Origin: Trichosphaerium sp. ATCC 40318
Lineage: Eukaryota; Protista; Tubulinea
DNA length: 64,000 bases
Reading direction: 5' to 3'
Assembly: GCA_038496445.1 (NCBI GenBank)
Contig: JALMLS010000637.1
Span: 62,001-126,000, forward strand
This document shows, piece after piece, positions 24,217-37,918 of this stretch. The notes under the pieces were generated by a model. It was not told where the DNA came from. It did not search any database and was given only the letters and a program-made list of their open reading frames with translations. Each line of letters begins with the position of its first letter. The stretch's first letter is position 1. The translations under genes and the position numbers were made by a program.

Positions 24217-26713
24217 CTAGTGAGTCAGTGACCCTTCGTCACCATTAATATTAGAATGTGAAGAATGTGTAGTAAGTTCTCCTTGTGAAAGAGATGATGA
24301 AAGCTCTAAACAAGGCATAGATCTTGATGCTGGAATACCAGAAGACATACTCTCGTTATCCAAGTCACCTGGAATAGCTGAAGCCCATTTAACAGCTGTC
24401 CTTTCTTGTTCCTCTTTTTGCCTTTGTTCATCATCGGATTCAATCAAAGCGTCTGATTCTGGAAGTTCCGGGTCTTCTTCTACTGAAGGGTTGCTTCTAA
24501 CTCCCAAAGATCCAAGTCCTGACGCTGACCTTGCAGCACCGCTTGATCCTCTACCTGTAGCCCGCGTAGTAAAATCAGTTTCGCGCCATCTTCTGTATCG
24601 GCACGTCATTAAATACCAATTATGTTGAACAAGCAGAAAGAAATCTGGCATAGCTAACACGAAAGAATAAGTTCTTGAGAAAACACGTGACGAACGTACC
24701 CATAGCTGTTATAAACGCTACAATACCAGTAGAAGCGTAAGCAATTACAAGAGCATACGAAGTGGTAATAGGAAACACTGAAGGAAACAAACCTAAGCAG
24801 GATTATTAGAAACATAACAAACGTCAAAATAATAGCTGTACCACATGCAGAAGGATCAACTTGTATACAGTCTATCCAGTTATTAACTTTTACGAGTAAC
24901 TCTGACTCTGATGTAGTATATGGACCAGCTAGACCAAATAGAATAGCAATAGGTACCCACATAACACCTACTAAGTAAACCCACATACCCATCTGTGCTT
25001 TGATGAACCTGTAAAGAAAATAAGGTTTATGACAAACGAATCTGTTACATACCACAGAGCTTTGTTTTTTTGCTTCCTTGTTGAAAGAGAGCTTACTCTC
25101 CTTAGTGCTTTGAATAAAGCATATGTTATGTATAGTACACATACAATATTAACCAGAATAACAAAGATTACTGCTATTAATGTTGGGTACATCTTGTTTG
25201 CATCTTCAGGTAGAAAAGATACAAAACAAAATGCTACACAAGAAGGTTGAGCCCTGATGTTGTTCGTTGCAATATTAAATATTACAAGTAGCATAGCGCA
25301 TGAACCAGGGAAGAAGTAAAAGAGATACCTATACAATACAAGTAAGTCATTTGAAGAAAAACAAATCAAAGGTATATAATAATAAAAAAATTCTTTCACT
25401 AACCTAGTCGTTTTGCCCCATCTCGCGTTCAAATTCCACAAAGAGAGCGCAGTAATAACACTCAAAGATGCCCAATAAAATAATGCTAGTAAGCCAAATC
25501 CAAGTACAGCAACACCTAGTCACATAAAAGTAAGCATTGAAGCATTGAAGAATAACAGAAATAAAAGCAACTTAAATGTTTTTACATAAAGCAAACGGCC
25601 TAGAGCACGTACCTTGGAAAAAGCAGACGCTAAGGTATTTATGCATATAAGTATACTCATTCTCGCAAAGCAAGTCTTCACGTGAAATTAGAAAGGAGAG
25701 TAAATGAGGGATAGGAATCATTGTTGCAAACCTTCAAAAAAAAGTTAACTTCAGGAATTATTCAAACATTCAATAGAAGTACAAAGGACGTACCCAATAG
25801 CTATGACATGAAGGTTAAGTGGGAATTGTCTTCTCTTTGGATTTGCAAGAAATGTCAGTACAGAGAATGTCCCCAAAAGAATGGATAGAATACTAAGAAA
25901 CAACTCAGCCTATCGGAATAAAAACAAAATTTAGTACAACTCTTCACCAATTATAGTCTCTTCTTACCCAATAATGCTCTTTACACTCTCCTCTGCTCGG
26001 TAGAGGGCACTGTAATGCGCATGGAGGTTCATCAGCATCAGCACCGAAGTTAAACGCAAACGGGTATTGGCAATCTTCAGGAACAATGTCGCCAACAGGT
26101 TGTGTATTACAGTCCGATTCTGGATACGCTGGAGAAGTTACGCCTAACGAAGCATTATTACTTATTTGATAAAACAGAAATCGGGATTCAATTTGGTGAA
26201 GAGAGAGCTTCTACGGCTATTTTGAGGCGTACCGAGAATCGTTTCTGTCTCGTTACAGTTTAGCGTTTTTTCTGGTGCATGTGCGAATAGATCGCCACAC
26301 AGCGATACGACGCGTTGGCATTGGGCGTAGCAAGCTGTTTTAATACCACCCGTACAAGGACGGAAAACGCGCTTACATACAAGCTCTTTGAGTTCTAAGC
26401 CACATCTTGTACAATTTAGTGCGTTTAAAGTTTCCAAATACGAAAAATGTTTGCGACTGATGGCGACAATCATTGCCAGTGATGCGCTGACGTACTGTTT
26501 ATTTAAGAATAACGCTTTAGAAATATCGGCTGCAAATACCGAATAGTTTTGAAGCAAAATAGCCGCTTCAGCATAAGGCACGAAGTAGCTCAACGTTGTT
26601 TGGTTTGCATCCGTGTACTGGCAAGTGATGGTGAAATTGCTTTGATTAACACAACCAGCGATTTGCGCGTTACCAATAGCCACGAAAGTGGCAAATATAA
26701 CGTACAGCCACAT
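24217..26713 (-). CDS. Frizzled/Smoothened-like 7TM receptor with Frizzled cysteine-rich domain (Dictyostelium fsl-like)
   Basis: Signal peptide, CRD (CGLELKELVCKRVFRPC...ACYAQCQRVVSLC), TM1 followed by VLTFLANPKRRQFP, further hydrophobic helices, and a Ser/acidic C-terminal tail. Confidence 0.85.
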
Positions 26714-27290
26714 CTGCTTTGTAGAATACTAATTAGGACTTGAAACTTCTTTTCTCCAGTTATGTCACCAAAAGTAAACGGTTTAGGAAAGTAGCATTAA
26801 CTGGAAGTATTTTTGCTTTTTCAAGCGCTTGTACAGACACTAATTACCGTTTTTGTTTGCACTGGTCCTATTGTTGTTAAGTCTACCAATCTACATCAAA
26901 AACAGTCCATGTAGCCTTCACTGACCAATTACAGCGAATTAAATCATTTTTAGCGCTATTCATTTTGTTGGGCAAGAAATAGCTCGCAGCTTTTTTAATA
27001 TGCTCAAAATATAGTCCAAACGCGTATAACACACGTTTCTTCATATCTACCACTTGCTTTACTCGTACAAGCATTTCCAAAATCAATGTTAATTCTAGCA
27101 TTGTGTGAAGCGTTACACGCTACGAGTAGCTTCTAGTACGTATTCATCGCCATTAAATAAAACAACAAGTTGTGCTTCGATGAACTCCAAGAAAGGAAGT
27201 CATCAAATATGCACCAAAACAAAACACGTGCAAAAGGGTATTGTTCAAAATATTTGTTAATTTTTTTTAACTTCAATGTACTATCTTTTC

Positions 27291-28898
27291 TTATTCTCCT
27301 TCAGCAGTTAAATACTCAGCACCGTCAAAGTACTTTTTATAGTATTGATCAAATCCAGTAATATTAAATCTATCATGTTTATGGTTTGTGCTGAAAATGT
27401 CACCTATACGAGAGTCATAAAGCGCCCGAGAGTAATAATAAAACAATACAAAAAAAAAGAAATCAAATAGAGTCTTACCTTCCACCACATAATCTGTCCA
27501 ATGTCCAAGAACTACTCCATCGCCCTTTGTTAGGTATTAATTATTTGGTTCGCGGGAAGTAAAACAGTGTACCTGAAAGTCTGTGGAAACTTGAGGAAAT
27601 TCTCTACTTTCGTCAGCAGTCTGCCCTAAAACGCCTATTTTTTTGTATTGAGCGCATCGACCTTCAAGTTAGTTTCGCGTACCATGTGGGATTGGTAAGT
27701 TAGCAACTTTTAGGTATTTAGCTTTAAAGTTAACCTTATAGTGACGTTAATAGAATATATGAAAAGGTGACTGTACGTGACATGTGCTGTGAGAGCTTCT
27801 ACTAAATTTTACTCTAAATCTGTATTGCATTGATTCTATAATTGTGCTTCCAGATGATAGTCTCTGTACATTTCCATGTTGTAACCATGTCTTACCAGTA
27901 GATGTGAACTCTTTCCCATTAATCAAAGAAGTTGTTGTGCCATCACGTCTATTACAACCGAAAAATATTTTATCGTTTCCTACTATATTTCAGAAGAGAG
28001 AACAACACATTTGGTCTTATTAAGACTGACCTATCCTGAAACCAAGTTGTCCCATGTATGTCTTATTCTTCATTCTTCTTAAATCAGCGTCAACAAAGAA
28101 AGCATTGAGTTGGAAGTTATTATCAGTAACAAGATTGAAAATCGATCCAGACTCTCCATGGAAGTCATCTTTTAAAAAAATCAGCATCAAAAACTGCTTC
28201 ACATCTAAATTCAAAAAGTGTGATAACTGGTAAAAATAATGTAACGAGTAACTTTACATCAATGAGTTGTTATATCTCTTACTTCTCGAGAAGAAAAAAA
28301 TAGGAAAACCAAAACAATTTTGAACGTACATTTCTGACCTAAAAACCCGACAAAGTGAGGATCACCTTGCACTTGCGATAGTACTATAATACATCAGAAA
28401 ACTGCATAGTATAACTTCCTTAGGTTGTACCTTGCAAACTATAAGAGAAAGACGCTGTACCATCTAACTCTACAGAAGAAAACGCCCAAATGTAACTCTC
28501 AGAACCAGATCCCTACTGAATATTAACACAAAAAAGATTACGCCAAAGTAGCGCTTCGTACAATTGATAGTGTTCTTATGTCCGTAGGATTGTTTGGAAA
28601 AAATAGTATAAATCCTGTAGGTAATCCAGTATCACTACTAACACCGAAACAAGTCGTTGATGTGATAAGCATTGGGTTTAGATTAATTCCTCCAAAAGAG
28701 GAGCAATCACTCACTAAATTAGAAGCTATATCAAGATTGACCATAGTGGTTGAATCAAGTGCTGCATCAAAAGTTATATTGAAAGGATGAAAAGCAGATC
28801 CAGCAGGGTCATTACAAAGCGTCAATTGGATTGTTCCCTAAAACGGCCATTAAAGAAAAGAAAGCGAGAAAAACCCTCACGACATTGTCACTTTCCAT
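27291..28898 (-). CDS. Secreted protein with VWD/root-cap-like (GDPH) domain
   Basis: Hydrophobic N-terminus. GDPHFVGFLGQK|xDFHGESGSIFNLVTDNNFQLNAFF...TYMGQLG and C-terminal GVLGQT...GDGVVLGHWTDYVV motifs. Confidence 0.75.
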
Positions 28899-29430
28899 CG
28901 CCTCGTTTAACGTACAAAACAATCTAAAGTATAAACGCCTGGTGTTGAATCTCTCATATCAGGTGGAAATAAAGGTCCGAAGGTGCTTACATCCCATGAT
29001 ATTGCGTAACTAACGAAATTGTGGGTTGTGTTTTGTAACTTATGACGATTCGCTTGAAACTTACCTCAATTGGCTCTGAGCACGTGTTAATACCGTAAAA
29101 ATTAAAATAAGCGAAACAATACAACGCATTATCATTTTTAATGTGGTGTTGACCGTCGCTAGTGATAAGGCGGTAGTCCCGCTAGAAATTAGTACAAACC
29201 GGTATTGCTGACGAAACTTTGACCCCAACTTAATGATAATTTTTCTTCAAATCTCGCGGAGCTAAGACATTGTAAGCACTAAGGTTTACAAGTACTTTCG
29301 GTCCATCTTACTCCAACGAGTGATAGATACAAGTCAACCTCGGTCATTCAATCACGAGAAAATCGCTAGTGACTTCTGAACCCGTTTGTAGTTGTGTTCA
29401 CCCACGCTACAACCGAATCAACGTTTTATA

Positions 29431-30390
29431 ATGTCCAACAAACGACAATCATTGACAGAAAACTCTTACAACGTTCAAACGCTACCAACGGAGATCTTGA
29501 CGCATATTTTATGTTATTTAAACCAAACCCAGCGCGTTGCAGCGTCTACAGTTTCTCATTGCTTTAACGACACCATTCGCTGTTGTGTTGGCTTCGAACA
29601 TATAACGCTACGTACCTCAGAACATTATCGCCGTTTAAGAGCAAGTCCATTGCTTAAAAACACCAACATACGAATTGCTTCTTCACGTGACAGTTTATCA
29701 AAGAGTGACTTGGCTTGCCTTCATGGAGTTCGCAATTTAGAGTTTAAAAATTTCCCTGTGAAAGACGAAACTATACTTTCAATACTCCAAGGAGGAAACA
29801 ACATTCACAACATCTCAATGCCTAAAGCACATATTACAGACGTTTCCTTAGCAGCACTAAGTAATGTGCATACGATTGATCTTTTTGGTTGCAAAAGCAT
29901 TACAGGTGAAGGAATCAAGAAGCTAAAAGATGTGCATAGCATTAAAATAAGCAATGCAAAGGATGAATGGCTTGAACACCTTAAAGATGTTCACACAGTT
30001 AGTATTTTTCGTACTTCTAGTCCTTTCTCTAGTACTACAATTACAATAACAGATGTTGGAATCAAGTCATTGATAAATGTTAAAGATTTACGATTACATG
30101 ATATACAAACTATAACTGAAGAATCTTTTAAGTATTTATCTAACCTTGAAAGCCTTCTTATTTGGCACTGTTCCACTATTAATGATCAATGTCTTTCTCA
30201 CTTGGTCAGGCTTAAAAACATAAATATTTGGCTGTGTTCTGGTATTACAAATGCTTGTTTGCCTAAAATGACATCTCTCAACAAAATTGTAATAATCGAG
30301 AAGAGTAAAATTACAAAAGAGGCTGCTTGTTCGTTGGGAATAGACATAGAGTATGTACCACGGGAATCACTGTTAAATACAGCTTTTTAA
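29431..30390 (+). CDS. Intronless F-box plus LRR protein
   Basis: VQTLPTEILTHILCYL...VSHCFN F-box followed by LxNVHTIDL/ITDxGIKxL repeats. Paralogous to 4956-6858, sharing the VGxxxI...SPLLxNT linker. Confidence 0.9.
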   Translation: MSNKRQSLTENSYNVQTLPTEILTHILCYLNQTQRVAASTVSHCFNDTIRCCVGFEHITLRTSEHYRRLRASPLLKNTNIRIASSRDSLSKSDLACLHGVRNLEFKNFPVKDETILSILQGGNNIHNISMPKAHITDVSLAALSNVHTIDLFGCKSITGEGIKKLKDVHSIKISNAKDEWLEHLKDVHTVSIFRTSSPFSSTTITITDVGIKSLINVKDLRLHDIQTITEESFKYLSNLESLLIWHCSTINDQCLSHLVRLKNINIWLCSGITNACLPKMTSLNKIVIIEKSKITKEAACSLGIDIEYVPRESLLNTAF

Positions 30391-31180
30391 ATTTCATATT
30401 TGGAAGAATGACACTCTTTCTTGTCAAGCAAAGTACCAAAAAACTTTGATAATATAGTAGTTTCCACAACAGCTGCTTGTGTCAGGGCTTTTCATGAGTC
30501 AAAACTTGAGAGCTGCAAGGAAACATATCATATTTGCTTATTTATTTTGATAATAAATAAATTATTTATGAAGGCTACCTTTGGTTGAATTAAGTTAAAA
30601 CAAGCGTTATATATTGAGATTACTACTCTTACGAGCTATTCTTCATTGCGCTTTTAACACCTTAAAAGGACAAATTGTAGGTTGGTAGTTTTAGTTTAAA
30701 AATTAGTATACTAAAGCAGTGCTAGTCTGAAAAAGAAGTCTACTTTTAACGCACACAGTGAATAAAAAAATCTCGAACTGGAACCACTGTTCGGAAAATG
30801 TGTCATTTGTAGTATTTTTCGACATTTTTATTGAAAATGTACTGATTCTAAAACAATAGGATTTGAACCTGAGATTCCTTGTGGATGCCAAAAGGTAATC
30901 CGGAGTCAAATTCCTAAACAGCATTTTTTATTTTGCTTCCTATTCGGAATCTTTGTTGGAATCACCTACAGCTAGCGCCACCATTGGTGCTCTTGACGTT
31001 TAAATGCGAACAAGGTTCAAATAATGCAGCAAAGGCAGGTTTTCACTCTTTTCGTAAACTAAACGCCTCAAAGCGCGGTTTTCGTGTGTTTATCCAAATT
31101 CAACTACCTGTAAACTAAAATACTACGGATTAGGTATTTTAAGTTTTACGAATAAGCAATATTAAAAAAACGGATCTAGC

Positions 31181-33120
31181 ATGCCCACACTTGTTTTTTT
31201 GTGCGTACTGGTACTATGTAGTTACATATTGGCTCAACCAAGTACAAAACCTGATCTAAAACGCATCTAATCACTTCACTAGGTGAAGGCGAAGGTGTGG
31301 TTATTGTAGGGTCGTACACTACGCCACCTAATGGTGCTTCTACAGACACAACGAGAACAACAACAGTTGACAGCTCTACCTCACCTAACGCTATCCTTGC
31401 TAATGGTGCCGCTACCGTTGACTACAATTTGGTCAGACTGAGAATGCAGTACTCCTTTATCGTTGGATCTCTTAATGACCGCTACTACCATTTCACTTTT
31501 GACAACTTTATTACAAACAGTACGTTGTTTTTTTTAGATCGCAAAACATTTGTAGTTTGCTTGCTTGCATTATTAGAACATAAACTTCGCATACTCCTCT
31601 TCAATCCTCACCTGTTGTTGATAGCATCTGTTCTGGGATTATCTAACTTTCCAACTGATGTAAATGCTGGTATAAGGCTTATCTTCCCATCAGCAAACAC
31701 GCTTGTGTACGTACTAAACAAAAAAAGCTCTCAAGTTTTTTTCAAGAAAACGTAGTGGATCTTTCCAAGGCTGACTTGTATTTTCGAAGGCTATTTATAC
31801 CCAAAACACAACTAGGTTTTGGGAGAGTGTACGCTGTCGAGGTAAACTACTTTCCACCTCCACCAACAACACTACCACCAACTACGGAAGCGCCCACTGT
31901 GCCTATTACCCCAACTACAGAAGCCCCTACAGTACCTATTACTACACTATCTCCAGATGCTCCGACATCACCCACAACAGCTCCACCCTTGGCTCCAACA
32001 GTAGCTTCCCTATTCCCAAATGTGCGTATTTATTTCGCTAGTCCCTTTTGATGCTCATCTGATTAACTAACTTTTAGATTTTGCCAAGCTTCTCATGCGT
32101 TGAAGTCAATGACAATGGCACTGTCACAGCATATCTAGGATGGACAACAGATGTACTATAATCTCTTTATTTTTATGCTCACTGATTGTCTATCAGGAAG
32201 CGTCTATCACCGTACCAATTGGAGAAGATAACATAGTAACACCATCGCCAACTACACAACAACCAACAATTTTTCGAGGTTCAGTACTTTTCTACCCCAG
32301 TCCTGATCTCTATGAGATGGTTTATCAAGGAGGTCCAGCATCTTGGACACTAGGCGTAAGTATATTTAACAATCACAATCCATCTAAACTCTTTCTAGGG
32401 TGGTATTGTCACATTCGACTCAAACACAGCAGTACAATGCCAAAACTTATGTACGTCGAAAGGCCACATGAATACCTGCCAATCAAAGTTATAATCCGTC
32501 TAATTAACCATCCAATAGCTATCAGAGTGGCCATTCCTATTGATGTGCCTTTCCCAGCACCAGACGAGGTTGTTCAACAAACAGCAAATGCATTTTTGAA
32601 TGAAATTGATACATCTCAAGCAGCAGTTAGTGTTACTCAGATACCGGCAACTGGAAGTACTAAACGTCAGACAACTACAATCGTTGTTGTCACTTTAACA
32701 ACATCTGCATCAGGTACACTTTTTTAGCCTTGTCACAGAATCATTGCACAAAACGTATAATTTGGCTTCCACTGTTTTTTGGACTTCTTTATAACAAACT
32801 AATATGATAAAATAGGTTCAACACCTGTGTCACCTATATCTGATGTTGTACGAGAGTACTTAAATGATGACAACGCTCGTGATCGAACTACAACAATCAT
32901 TTCAAACAATGGTGTATCATTATCAGTACGCACTCTTTCTCAACCCGTGAACCCTCACAGTAAGACAATACTAAGAAGAAAATAGGACACCATTAACGTG
33001 CTACCGCCTGACACGATACATCCAGTCACAACGCGGAAGAGTACAGTAAAGAGCGATGGTAATCAGTTCAGTGTGTACTTCGCAATTCAATTTTTATTGG
33101 CTGCCTTGTTTGTGTTTTAG
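31181..33120 (+). CDS. Secreted, probably GPI-anchored or membrane-anchored Pro/Thr-rich surface protein, multi-exon
   Basis: Signal peptide MPTLVFLCVLVLCSYILAQ, duplicated PTTEAPTVPIT mucin-like linker, a Cys-bracketed globular domain at about 32080-32450, and hydrophobic C-terminus FSVYFAIQFLLAALFVF*. Confidence 0.75.
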
Positions 33121-33497
33121 TGTCAATAAAGACATCCTTGTACACTACTATTAACATCGCCTCCAATCCTATATTCTAAGTTGAGTCACGTTATATAGCC
33201 CCTTTAAAAATGGTATCAACAGAGCAATAGTATACTTATGCTATTGCTAGCATATTTAGGGCAATCATTTGCAATCCATCGGAATACGTCACCATTTAAC
33301 GGCTACTTGTTGCTTTAAAAACGATTTGCGACATCACGGAGAAACATGGGAAGGCCTTGATAACGAATCGGCGTAAAGTAAGAATCAGATAACGGAGAAA
33401 TGAGTGGTTACAAGCTACAAGTTTACTATTTACACTTTGTACAATGTGTAGTGAGTTACGGGGGCGTTTGTTGAAAAAAGACTATTAATCACTCAAA

Positions 33498-33698
33498 TCA
33501 AAAGCGACTTCGCAAACAACTCCAAATATCTTGCTGTAGGATCATTTCGGGGCGTCTGTGTGGCTTGCGGCGGGATTCTTCAGCAGGTTTCTCCATTTGC
33601 TCAATAGGCACATCCACATCGAAATAGGGGTTGTAGACAGTGTTGGGCATGTCTATGATACGATCAAAGGCTGGCACGCGTTGTTGAGTTTTGTTCAT
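33498..33698 (-). CDS. Small 66-aa hypothetical protein
   Basis: ATG-initiated ORF with protein-like composition. Upstream TATA-like GCTATATAAG (about 33870, minus strand) and a possible 5'-UTR GT-AG intron. No recognisable domain. Confidence 0.4.
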   Translation of the reverse strand: MNKTQQRVPAFDRIIDMPNTVYNPYFDVDVPIEQMEKPAEESRRKPHRRPEMILQQDIWSCLRSRF

Positions 33699-34094
33699 GA
33701 TGATTATGCAGCTAGTAAACCAGGTCGCTTGTATTGTCTATATGTTGCACTCTCTGTGTGTCAGTTGAAAGTATGGGAAAACTAGAAGAAAATTGACTGC
33801 ACTGCTCTTAGAACTACTCACGTACGAAGTAAAAACACGCTCGCCAACTTACTCAACAATGAAGTGCCTTATATAGCTTGTCGTCCTTTTACAGCCGAAA
33901 TTTCATTGTTTTCGTATTTTCAACCTTACGCCGTTCCTAAAGCGTTAAAACCATATTAACTCGATAAAAATACTACACGGCATAGTTATATACCATTTAA
34001 CTCGCTCAGTACTAATATCGCGACAAACCGCCGCGAAAATACTAAAACCACAAAAAAAATAACCACTACATGGTTTATTATACACTATACAAAT

Positions 34095-37000
34095 TTAAAG
34101 CTCATGCCGTGGCGACTTCGACTTCTTTTTTGACTTTTCTACATAGCGTTAACACCAATTGCAAGAAAAGCGAGAAAAAAAAAATACGTACTTTTCTTTT
34201 TTGACGATTGTACTGATGGTGGTGTACCGCGTGCAGATTTAACTGCACGTTCTTGGCTAGCAGGTTGTACCTTTACTTTAAAGCCTTTTACAGTATTAGC
34301 GCTTTGCGTGTTTTCACGCTTTTTGCGCCTACGTCCTTCGCTAGGCGAAGCATCAGAACTAGCTGAATTGACAGTCTGCTGAGGCTACAGCGATGTTAGC
34401 AACAGAACAATTTGGTTTTCAGGTTAAAAAGCGTTTAAACTGCAAAATACGTACAGATGCTGTTAGAGGATGTGAGTATGATCCACGCCCTGAGCCTGTA
34501 CGTGGTGTAGAGTCTTCACTATCAGAAGATTCGCTCTTTTCATCATTTTTATTAACTTCATCCCATGGACTCTTAAAATTATAACTAGCCTTGTATAAGT
34601 ACAGAAACCAATATGTGCTTGATGAAAAAGCAAACGCTCGAAGAAAAAACAAGCTCACAACTGAGAAAACCGCGCAAAGATTTTTTGTTTGAGCTCTCAA
34701 AAATCAAGTGAAAAAGAGACGTACTATCCATATTTCTCAGCACAGCTTGCTGGTTTTATAGGATACTTTGAAAATACTCTAGTAAGAATACTTTGAGATG
34801 GAAGTTCATCAAACCAAGGATGTTTGATAAGTGCTTTTAAATTTGGTCGCTTTAGTGATGCTTTATTCAAGCAACTTGCAACAAAATCAAAGAATTCGTT
34901 AGACCACTTATCTGGTTCACTAGTACTGATATTAGAAATGCAATTACGCGGCTAAAATAGATCGTACGCAAGTCTAGGTGGTGCACTACGTATGATAGTA
35001 AAGAGTGCTCGGACAGGCGGTTTTTCAGAGTGAGGAGGACGCTTCTCAGCTACCTCTATGCAAGTAATACCAAGTGACCATACATCTGCTGATTTGTCAT
35101 GACCACGTTCTTCTATTACTTCCGGTGCCATCCTAAATAATTAATACATGCTTATTCCTTCGAAAGTTAGTCAACATACCAATAAGGGGAGCCAATACTT
35201 GTGTTTCTAACCATTTCTGGTTGACATATTGTCGAAATTCCAAAATCAGCTAAAACACATGTGTTAATACCATAAACTACCTCAAACATTATTCGTACTC
35301 AATTTACATTCGCCATGCGTATTGACAAGTAGATTCGCCTTTAGTAAAACGTCAGTTTACATGCAAAAAAAAATAAATTCAAAAAAAGCAACAAATTCTT
35401 TCAAAAAAATAATAGACACGTACAGCCTTGATATCTCTGTGAATACGATTGAGTTTATGTAAATACTTTGTCCCTGGACGAGCTTATATGTGATTAATTT
35501 AATACAGTCTTCATTGAGACCTCCAGGCATCTTATCTAGAATATCTACAAGAGATCCAGCGTCCAAAAATTCCATGACAATCTATAATTCACAATTGTTA
35601 TTGTGGATTCATATAAACGCGTGCATTGCGCGCAATACACGTACCCAGTACTTTTTAGCCTTGTGAAATGCACCAAAATATTTAACAATACATGGATGTT
35701 CGACAGCTTGAAGAATCTTAATCTCATTTGTCAAAGCGTCTATTTTAGCAGTTTTCTGGTCTAGAAGCTTAATAGCCACAAAAGCCTTCGTTTTCCTATC
35801 TTGACCGCGCACAACAGAACCAAACGCGCTACAATAGAGGTTAAAAAAACTACTACAACAAAAATATTTTGAGGCTTTTGGAAAAAATGGTGCAATCCAC
35901 CAGCGCAGCCGAGATGGAACAAAATGACGTACCCACGGCCTATCACTTCCATCGTTTTAAATATTTCTACAGGATCTTTCTTAAAGTACAAGTCTTCTTC
36001 CTCTTCCGCCCTAAACAGTGAGTAAATATTTGCTACATAAAACACTAGCTAAAAACCTCATACTTTTTGTCGCCATTCGCCACGGGCTCTACTGTTTTAC
36101 TATGTTGCACTTCTTCCTTTAATATATGTACTTCTGTCAACAAACTCTGATTTTTAGATTCAAGAAGCTTTAGTCTATCTCTAAGCTCCTCAACATTACT
36201 GTCTTGTTTGACTAGTTTAGGACTAGTAGCAGCGGACTGGAATTTAGCGATGAATGACTGTACTGGAAACTTTGCGAGCGTAACAACACAGCTAACCTAT
36301 TACAACAGTTAACATCACCAAAAAAACTGTAAGGGACAAATAAAAATCAAACGTACTGTTGAATCATCACTTAGTAATGCCTTACATTCTATTCGTCTAA
36401 CACCTTCTTTTATAAGCTTTAAAAAATCGCTACATCCTTTAATCAACGCTTGTATATCACTATTAATAATCTCATCATATGGGTGCCTGTTAAAAAGAAG
36501 TATTAGCTAAAACGAACAAATACAAAACCCAGAAAAAAAAGAAAAGAATCTTACCCAAAAAAATCCTCTGCTGCTCTGTTATAACATAACACTTTCCCAG
36601 TTTTAACCTTTGCTATAATAACAGGTTCTGCAAGCTCTTCAAACATTGCAAAGTCGCCCTCACCAGGTTCTGTAATTAGGAATTAGGAAAATTATAATTG
36701 CAATTAGGTAATTGATAAACTAATTTAAGTGTTATATGAGTTTTTACGAGTTTTATAAGCGTAAGCAAAGGTTGTAGAGTAGATTTTCGCACCTTCATCT
36801 TCTGAGCTGACTTGAGTAGCGTAAAACCCTGATGTTATTCTACTGTTGCTGCTTCCAGGCTTTGCAGTAGGCGTCTAAGAACAATAACGTAAGCAATAAA
36901 AAAAACAATTTGCGAAACGAATGAGTAGCTTATAAAGGGTGCTGAGAAAACGCAAGTTCTAGTGCTTTACGTTCGAAAAATGTTTTGCCAAAAAAAACGC

Positions 37001-37416
37001 AAAAGCGCACAGCGTATCTCGACGAAGTACAACAGTGCGCGCGAATAAGTGTACCTTTAAAGCCGTACTCCATGCTTCCATTTGTTCTTTACTTGGGCAT
37101 CGTAAATGCATTCTACAATTGTTAGAGAGGTCATTGTGAGGGTATTTTCAGTACCGTTTGCCAGTAACGCTAATGATAGTGATTGTGTTTTGTTTTCCTG
37201 TTGCAGACTGCCCATCGTGTATCATTACGTTCGAAAGCTTTATTGTCGCCGCCTTGCTTATATCCTGGAAGGCGCAAGATTTAGACTCGTTAGTAAAACT
37301 ATTCGTACCTTTGGCCCCGAAGCAACGTAGAGAGTACCGTCAGCAATCCAACACCATTTTTTTTTCCAGCCGAACGACTGCTTTTTTTGTAAATAGCCCT
37401 TTACACCAACTGACAT
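34095..37416 (-). CDS. STE20-family (MST/GCK-like) Ser/Thr kinase with N-terminal PH domain, PAS domain and coiled coil
   Basis: PH: KGYLQKKQSFGWKKKW...EQMEAW. PAS: LAEPVIIAKVKTGKVLCYNRAAEDFFG|HPYDEIINSDIQALI. Kinase: IGRG|AFG, VAIK, MEFLDAGSL, HRDIK, ADFG, GSPYW|MAPE, DVWSLGIT. Confidence 0.9.
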
Positions 37417-37918
37417 GTTGTGTTGAATAGGGCAACGAAATGGCAACTATTTGCTATCAAAAAAACCCTTGACCAATATCAAACTTTTTACAGCCCAAAG
37501 TACCTTCAAACTGACGACAACTATACTTTGCTCATGTAGCCACAATAATTGCAGCGACGGCTGAAAAAGCAAAATTAGGTTCATAATTGCATACTGTGCT
37601 CATGATGTCATTTATAGTGTGCTCGAATAAGATAACGGAAACGCGCGTGCAATGGAAGTTAAAACAGTTTATTTAAAACATCACTAGCAAATCCATTTTT
37701 ATATCGCTTGTTAAATGCGATTGAGCGTCAAAATCACTACGCTGGCAAGGATTTCTTAATTACAAGCAACAAAAAAGGCGAGAAGAGCAACATGAACTAA
37801 TCAATCCAAATACGTTAAAGTAATACGAAAGACGAGCGTTTCTAAACTCTCGCGCGACAACGTTCGTCAGTGATAGCTGTATTTTACCAGCACAACGCTA
37901 GAGAAGATGGTTTTATAT

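Noticed and set aside
30855-30930. tRNA-like T-loop/B-box GGTTCAAATCC on the minus strand
   Set aside because: No acceptor stem, D-arm or anticodon arm could be folded around it.
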